Shown piece by piece: positions 59,801-64,000 of a stretch of DNA of 64,000 nucleotides. Positions within the stretch are counted from its first letter, which is position 1. Each line of letters opens with the position of its first letter. The stretch comes from Myxococcales bacterium (GTDB taxonomy: Bacteria > Myxococcota_A > Polyangia > Polyangiales > DASUME01). The position numbers and the translations under genes were made by a program. Location of the stretch: contig JASGJH010000001.1 in NCBI GenBank assembly GCA_047601445.1, positions 224,001 through 288,000 of the forward strand, written 5' to 3'. Under the pieces are notes generated by a model. It ran no database searches, was not told the origin of the DNA, and was given only the letters and a program-made list of their open reading frames with translations.

Positions 59801-62728
59801 TTGCTTGCGTGACTCCTGGTGCACCGCCCACATCGCGGGCGCGTAGGCCGGAGCCGCTTCATGGGCCGCGGCGGTGACCTCGAGGCGCTCGCTCGGCGCA
59901 TCGACGAGCGCCTTGGCGGCGCGCAACAGGAGGAACGCGGCGCGCGCGCCGCTCGAGGCCTCGGCTTCGCGCCGGAGGACTCGGACCTTGTGTTCGTTGG
60001 GCGCCTCGGAGCGCAACAGCGCACGGGCCACGAGCACGTTGCGGGCATCGAGCTCGGAGGCCGCCACCAGGGCATCGCGGACCTGATCGGCGCTGCCGAA
60101 GCGACGTTCGTAGTCGGCCAACGTGAGCAGGCTGCTGACACGCTCTTCGCCCGCACCGCGCTCCGATTCGGCGCGCAGCGTGGCGCGCGCGCGTTCCAGG
60201 TCGGCCGCTTCCACGGCGGCGTCGAGCAGCAGCGTCTCGGTGCATTCGGGGCTCAAATGGTCACCGCGTGCACGCATCAGCGCGTCGATCTCGCGCTGGC
60301 TGTGGGCAGGGTCGCGGGCCCACTGCGCTGCGCTCGAGAGCGCATCCTCGGTGCCGGTCTGCGCCACGCTGAGCGAGCCGCCGTACTTGCGCGCCAACAG
60401 CTCGCGCACCACGGGGATGAGAGCAAAGGTGGGGTCGCTCGCGAGCGCCGCCGTGAGGGCCTCCTCGCTCTCGCCCAGCTCGCCTGCTGCCGCACGCACT
60501 TCGGCGAGCACGAGCTGCGCCAGGGCGCGCTCCGTGCCCACCGCAGTTTCGACCCATCGGCGCACTGCGCGCTCGCGCATCCCCGCGTCGGCATGCTGCA
60601 GCGAAAGCTCGGCCGCCGTACGGACCGCCACGGCGTCGGTGCTCTCGGCCAGCTTGGACACGTCGTTGTCCGGGCCGTTCGCCCGCAGCATTGCCGCCCG
60701 TCGCTCCACGGCGTCGCGCAGCGCGCCCGTCGGCAGACCGGGTACCAGGTTGTCGAGCGCGCGCGCCGCAATTTCGCGCTGTGAATTGGCGAGGCTGGTG
60801 CGCGCCATCGCGAGCTGAGCCTCGAGCGAGCTCGGAGAGCGGGCGGCTGCGCGCACGTAGCAGGTGAGCGCGCTGGCCAGCTCGCGGCGCGCTTCGAGGG
60901 CGCGTCCCGCATTCAACCACCACAGGCACGCCATTTCGGGATCACTCGCCGATTCCGCGAGCCGGCTCAGGGTGCCATCCGCCGCGCCGGGGTTGGCGGC
61001 CGACTCGATGCGCGCCAGCAAGTGTGCGTAGCTCGGGTCGTCCTTCGCCAGGCGCTCGGCTTCCGTCGCCGCCCTCAGGGCAGCCGGAAAATCACGCTGC
61101 ACGAGCCAGCGCACCCGGGCCACCGCCGCCAGCGCGCGCGCACGTTCGCCCGTGCTGGACGCCTGACCCGCTCGGCGCTCGAGCAGCTCGACCAAGACCG
61201 CCATATCGCCGCTCGCGAGCGCGATGCGGGCCAGGCCCTGGTGACCCGCCGTCAGATCGGGCGCGAGCGCCACCGCTCCCTCGTAGAGGGAACGCGCAAG
61301 CTCCACGTCGTTGAGGCTCTCGGCGATCTCTGCCGCACTCACCAGGAGGTTGGCGGCCTCGGAGCCGCTGTTATGAGCGCTCAGCGACTGCAGTAGCTCG
61401 ATGCGCGCGCGCTTACCCGCTTCGTCCGTCGCCACCAGCGGCAAGACGTCAGCGCGGCGCTTCTGCGCGCGGATCTTGCGCAGCGCTGCAAGGACTTGCT
61501 GATCCTCCAGGGCGATGGCGGGCGCAGACGCGGCGGCTTGCGGACTGGCCAGGACGGGAGCCTCGGGGGCTGCTGCCGCGGCGGGTGGCGGCTCGCTCGG
61601 CGGAGCGAGCTCCTCCAGGTTGCGCAGCACGCTCGGCTCTTCGCGCGTTGCCGGGGCCTTCTTGGCAGCCCCGAGCGCTGCCGGCGGCCGCGGCGGGACG
61701 AATAGCGGCTTGGCAGGCACCGAGTTGAGATCGGCGGGGCTCAGGCTGGTCGGAGCCAGGCTGTGCATGCCGGTCGGCACGTCGTCGATATCGTCGTCGC
61801 CGCCGAAGTTGCCGTTGTCGTCATCCGGGATGTCCCCGAAATCGTCGTCATCGTCGAAGGGATCGGTGGTTCCGATCTCGATTTGTGGCGCCTCCGAGAC
61901 CACCGGCGCGGGGGCTGGCAAGGAGCTGCGCAGGGAGAAGGCCTCGTCCGTGTCGAGGCTCAAGCTGCTGCTGACTTCGGACTCGAAGGTCTCGCTCGCG
62001 AAGGAAGCCAGGGACTCGAGTCCGCGCTCCTCCTTGTCGGAGAGCCCCATGTCGACGTCGAAGCTTTCCTCGTCCTTGTGTCTACGCGCCAGATCGCGGT
62101 CGGCCGCGTCTGCTCGCGCGATCGCCTCGATGAGCTCCCGCGGGATCGCCGCGATACGCGTGTTGTCTCCGTCGTCGTCGTCGTCGTCTCTCCAGCTCAG
62201 GGCCGGACCGTTGGCCGGGGGCGGCAAGGTGCGGCTGCCCATCGCCTCGAGTTCCTTGCGCTCGTCCTCGCTGGGGGGACGGTACATGCGCGGCCGACCC
62301 GAGTCCGTGCGGGCGTAGTCGGGCAGCTCGCTGCGCCCATCACGGGCGTAGTTGAAGGCTGGCGGCGCCGACGTCGTGCGCGCGTCTGGCGGCAACGAAG
62401 GCAAGCCGTCGGAGGAGGGCTTGGGCAGCGCCGTGACCGGCAGATTCGGGGCGACCGGTGGCAGCGGGTTAAGCAGCGCTTTGGAGGGCGCCTTGAGGGG
62501 CGGCAGCGGCACCTTGCCGAACGTGAGCGGCGGCAGCGGTGGCAACGTCGCGCGCTCGTTCTGTTCGGGCGCGGGCGGCGTGGTCTTCGGTTCGACGCGG
62601 GTGGGGAAGGGCGCTGCCTCCGCCATGGCCGACTTGTCGAGCTCCTGCTCCCAGGAATCCACTGCGTCGTCGTCCCAGTCGAGGACGAGTTCGTTCGTGT
62701 CGTGCTTTGTCTTGAGCTCGTCTGTCAC
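56846..62728 (-). CDS. Giant TPR-repeat protein (about 1960 aa) with acidic/Pro-rich disordered N-terminus
   Basis: GTG start overlaps the upstream TGA (62725-62728). About 430 aa low-complexity region, long Ala/Leu/Arg/Glu TPR-like array, globular C-terminal domain. Confidence 0.85.
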   Translation of the reverse strand: MTDELKTKHDTNELVLDWDDDAVDSWEQELDKSAMAEAAPFPTRVEPKTTPPAPEQNERATLPPLPPLTFGKVPLPPLKAPSKALLNPLPPVAPNLPVTALPKPSSDGLPSLPPDARTTSAPPAFNYARDGRSELPDYARTDSGRPRMYRPPSEDERKELEAMGSRTLPPPANGPALSWRDDDDDDGDNTRIAAIPRELIEAIARADAADRDLARRHKDEESFDVDMGLSDKEERGLESLASFASETFESEVSSSLSLDTDEAFSLRSSLPAPAPVVSEAPQIEIGTTDPFDDDDDFGDIPDDDNGNFGGDDDIDDVPTGMHSLAPTSLSPADLNSVPAKPLFVPPRPPAALGAAKKAPATREEPSVLRNLEELAPPSEPPPAAAAAPEAPVLASPQAAASAPAIALEDQQVLAALRKIRAQKRRADVLPLVATDEAGKRARIELLQSLSAHNSGSEAANLLVSAAEIAESLNDVELARSLYEGAVALAPDLTAGHQGLARIALASGDMAVLVELLERRAGQASSTGERARALAAVARVRWLVQRDFPAALRAATEAERLAKDDPSYAHLLARIESAANPGAADGTLSRLAESASDPEMACLWWLNAGRALEARRELASALTCYVRAAARSPSSLEAQLAMARTSLANSQREIAARALDNLVPGLPTGALRDAVERRAAMLRANGPDNDVSKLAESTDAVAVRTAAELSLQHADAGMRERAVRRWVETAVGTERALAQLVLAEVRAAAGELGESEEALTAALASDPTFALIPVVRELLARKYGGSLSVAQTGTEDALSSAAQWARDPAHSQREIDALMRARGDHLSPECTETLLLDAAVEAADLERARATLRAESERGAGEERVSSLLTLADYERRFGSADQVRDALVAASELDARNVLVARALLRSEAPNEHKVRVLRREAEASSGARAAFLLLRAAKALVDAPSERLEVTAAAHEAAPAYAPAMWAVHQESRKQGDVERLSNLHAREAGRAKDPHEAIAHLVRAALVRAGDDADAAAAQLTRALDLMPSDPVLRELVIRLGDAVPATLRAEALQSSAERAPLALKRPATLAAAAAFEDASQPARALALFEAVLQEQPNDPIAEMGVERVARAAGKAGQLAEQKRRGLAAAVEPRAQRKALEALLEATGGGDPGEQLSFARSLLALVPQHPAALRVLERHAMGANDLDALWEVEERLAATSAGAKDRLARLRLMSLLALRGPEKPTERLDELILESGMKAGRGLWLGRQLMATGAARGDVSAIRKAAELTSASVSDQAELSTLAVQAVALLARTPGSGATEALGAMRELVPTHPTLVETLAEAHEANGQLAEAADLFAEAARSSHTKRRVARLNYRAGILLQEQLNAPDRAREAYQRAAEADIAYKDVQARLELLLSGHNDLSGLVALAEARLNAAQAPQLRVELARKLAQLYEKQDGLDKAVNVLRSALELLPEDLPALSQFEGLLDRANNQRERAEILVRMARLSRDPDELCDVFYKLGEIYDEHLPDPRRAEAAYRRVIKLAPKHQRALEKLSALLKRGGQIDLAAESLERLMQVAERADQRRDVAFELSKLKEDAADFRGAEEVLERLRKGTPTDLTVLRAQAEFYRRRQAQSALAMHLNRAANDLRHALQTQPDVAELWSTLVEVLEQRGRKDAASAVASAASALGLADAKLSRLLDADGGTNGLGTAAFSELLDDLVFTDLLPGSVRILFRHGAEAMNRAQPLDIKLLAGEKLERKHPLRAVASEFAKTSGLGDAEVFVTSQLPYAFVPVSEAPFQILVGRTILGALSPQEQRFLVARACKIARSQMSITCRLRPEEMSPLLGGLIAAQVPDYRVPGVETAMLDEMARRIGKHLSKRAREDMLPHAVELAGQPELDLTRAYSLASAAANRAALLATGSMPAALGALIKLGGIVNLARPQASVLSEIEEAKDLLSFAIAETHFEARQRAGAERR

Positions 62729-64000
62729 CGTGCAAACCCCAACCTGCTTCTGAGCGCGTCCATGGAGCTCGATGTCCAAGTCGTGATCAGATCCAGCGCA
62801 TCTTCCGACCCGATGACGACCTCCTTGGACGGAAGCGCACCGAGGACTTGTTCGAGTGCAGGGGCCAGGTGCCCTGCGAGCAAGAGAGCGAGCCGACGCG
62901 TCTGCCGCAGCGCGACTCGGACGTGGTGTTCCATGGCGACTCCCTGATCCGGCAGCGTGCGCACGAGATCCGGGAGCGCCTTCTTGGTCTTGCGCGGTAA
63001 GGCACGGCCCACCGAGCGCGGCAGGTCGCCGAGCTCCGCCTTCATGATGCCGCCCGGCAACGCGCACTCGGCAGCGACCAGGGCGGCGAACATCAAGCGC
63101 GCGCCTTGCCCAGGGGTGCGCGACAGAATCGGCAGGGTCTGCAGGTAGGCACCGGCGAGCTGCAGCGCGACTTGGGCGCGCTGCGCCGGGGGCAGCGGCG
63201 ACGCGACGTCACTGCCCACCAGGAACATCAGCTCCTCGTCCTTGGGCATGGCCACGATGCGCATGGGATCGTCGCCGCCCACGTAGAACTCAGTGAACTT
63301 GAGCCCGAGCACGTTGGCCATCGCGGTGATCTCGTCGCGCACCGCATTCACGTCGCGTACCGACAGACGTTGACTGCGGCCTGCGTTGAAGCGCCCCGGC
63401 TCGAGCTGGTCGATTTCGCCCGCGTTGGCGAGCACGGCGCGCAGCACACTCTGATAGGCCGCGGACGACTCGGTCGGCATCAAGGCGTTGAGTTCGCTCG
63501 CGGGGAGCGTGACGGAGACACGGGGTGCGCTCGCATACTTACGTGCCAAGCGGTCCCCAGCTTCACGCTCCGCCAGGGTCTCGGCCTCGATGACTCGCAG
63601 CGTGGACAGCGCCACATAGCCGTATCCGGCATCCCCGCGCAGGTCTCCCAGCGCCAGCAGCTTGCGCAGCGGCTCCGGATTCGCGGGTGCCTCACGCAGC
63701 TCGCGCCGCACCTCGGCCTCGAAGCGTTTGAGCAGCTCGCGTCGTCGGTTCTCGTCGTCGCTGACGGCGTACAGCGACTGCATGGCCGAAAGGTGGCTCG
63801 GATAGTCGTTCACCACACTCTCGAACAGCGGCCGCGCGTCGTCTCGGGCGCCCGACTTCTCGGCCAGGATGCGCCCACAGCGCAGCCTGAGCTCCGCCTG
63901 GGCCATGCCGGTGGTGCGCTCGATGGCCGACTGCAGCGCCCCGATGGTGCGAGGCAAGTCGCCAACGCGCTCGGCCACATCGGCGATGCGTGTGAACAGA
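62725..64000 (-). CDS. TPR-repeat protein, C-terminal part (5' end beyond the window)
   Basis: Open frame to the window edge, TPR-like helices, C-terminal domain similar in pattern to that of the downstream giant protein. Confidence 0.8.
   Translation of the reverse strand, partial: LFTRIADVAERVGDLPRTIGALQSAIERTTGMAQAELRLRCGRILAEKSGARDDARPLFESVVNDYPSHLSAMQSLYAVSDDENRRRELLKRFEAEVRRELREAPANPEPLRKLLALGDLRGDAGYGYVALSTLRVIEAETLAEREAGDRLARKYASAPRVSVTLPASELNALMPTESSAAYQSVLRAVLANAGEIDQLEPGRFNAGRSQRLSVRDVNAVRDEITAMANVLGLKFTEFYVGGDDPMRIVAMPKDEELMFLVGSDVASPLPPAQRAQVALQLAGAYLQTLPILSRTPGQGARLMFAALVAAECALPGGIMKAELGDLPRSVGRALPRKTKKALPDLVRTLPDQGVAMEHHVRVALRQTRRLALLLAGHLAPALEQVLGALPSKEVVIGSEDALDLITTWTSSSMDALRSRLGFAR

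Overview
High-GC, gene-dense chromosomal segment, most consistent with Myxococcota (Polyangia-like). This is an inference from the gene content: FHA-GGDEF, AgmX/PglI-type C-terminal domain, Cys-rich 'DGCGG' lipoprotein, giant TPR proteins and a Hanks kinase. It holds about 45 CDS. Housekeeping genes include argD (partial), dksA, moeA, ffh, polA, valS, engB, murJ, rpsT, holA, a ClpA/C ATPase and nadD. There is also a MoxR-DUF58-VWA operon, a cyclic-dinucleotide cluster, and several envelope/peptidoglycan enzymes and lipoproteins. No tRNA, rRNA, CRISPR, transposase or prophage was seen. The best candidate for an undescribed system is an apparently leaderless, Arg-rich 28-codon leader peptide with 1:2 / 2:3 / 3:4 alternative hairpins upstream of argD, i.e. 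a probable ribosome-mediated arginine attenuator. A structured ~80-nt dispersed repeat sits a few nt after stop codons in four places and shows a compensatory base change. Four frameshifts in polA and valS all fall in GATC-type contexts, probably methylation-linked sequencing errors. All family calls are by eye from motifs; no searches were run.
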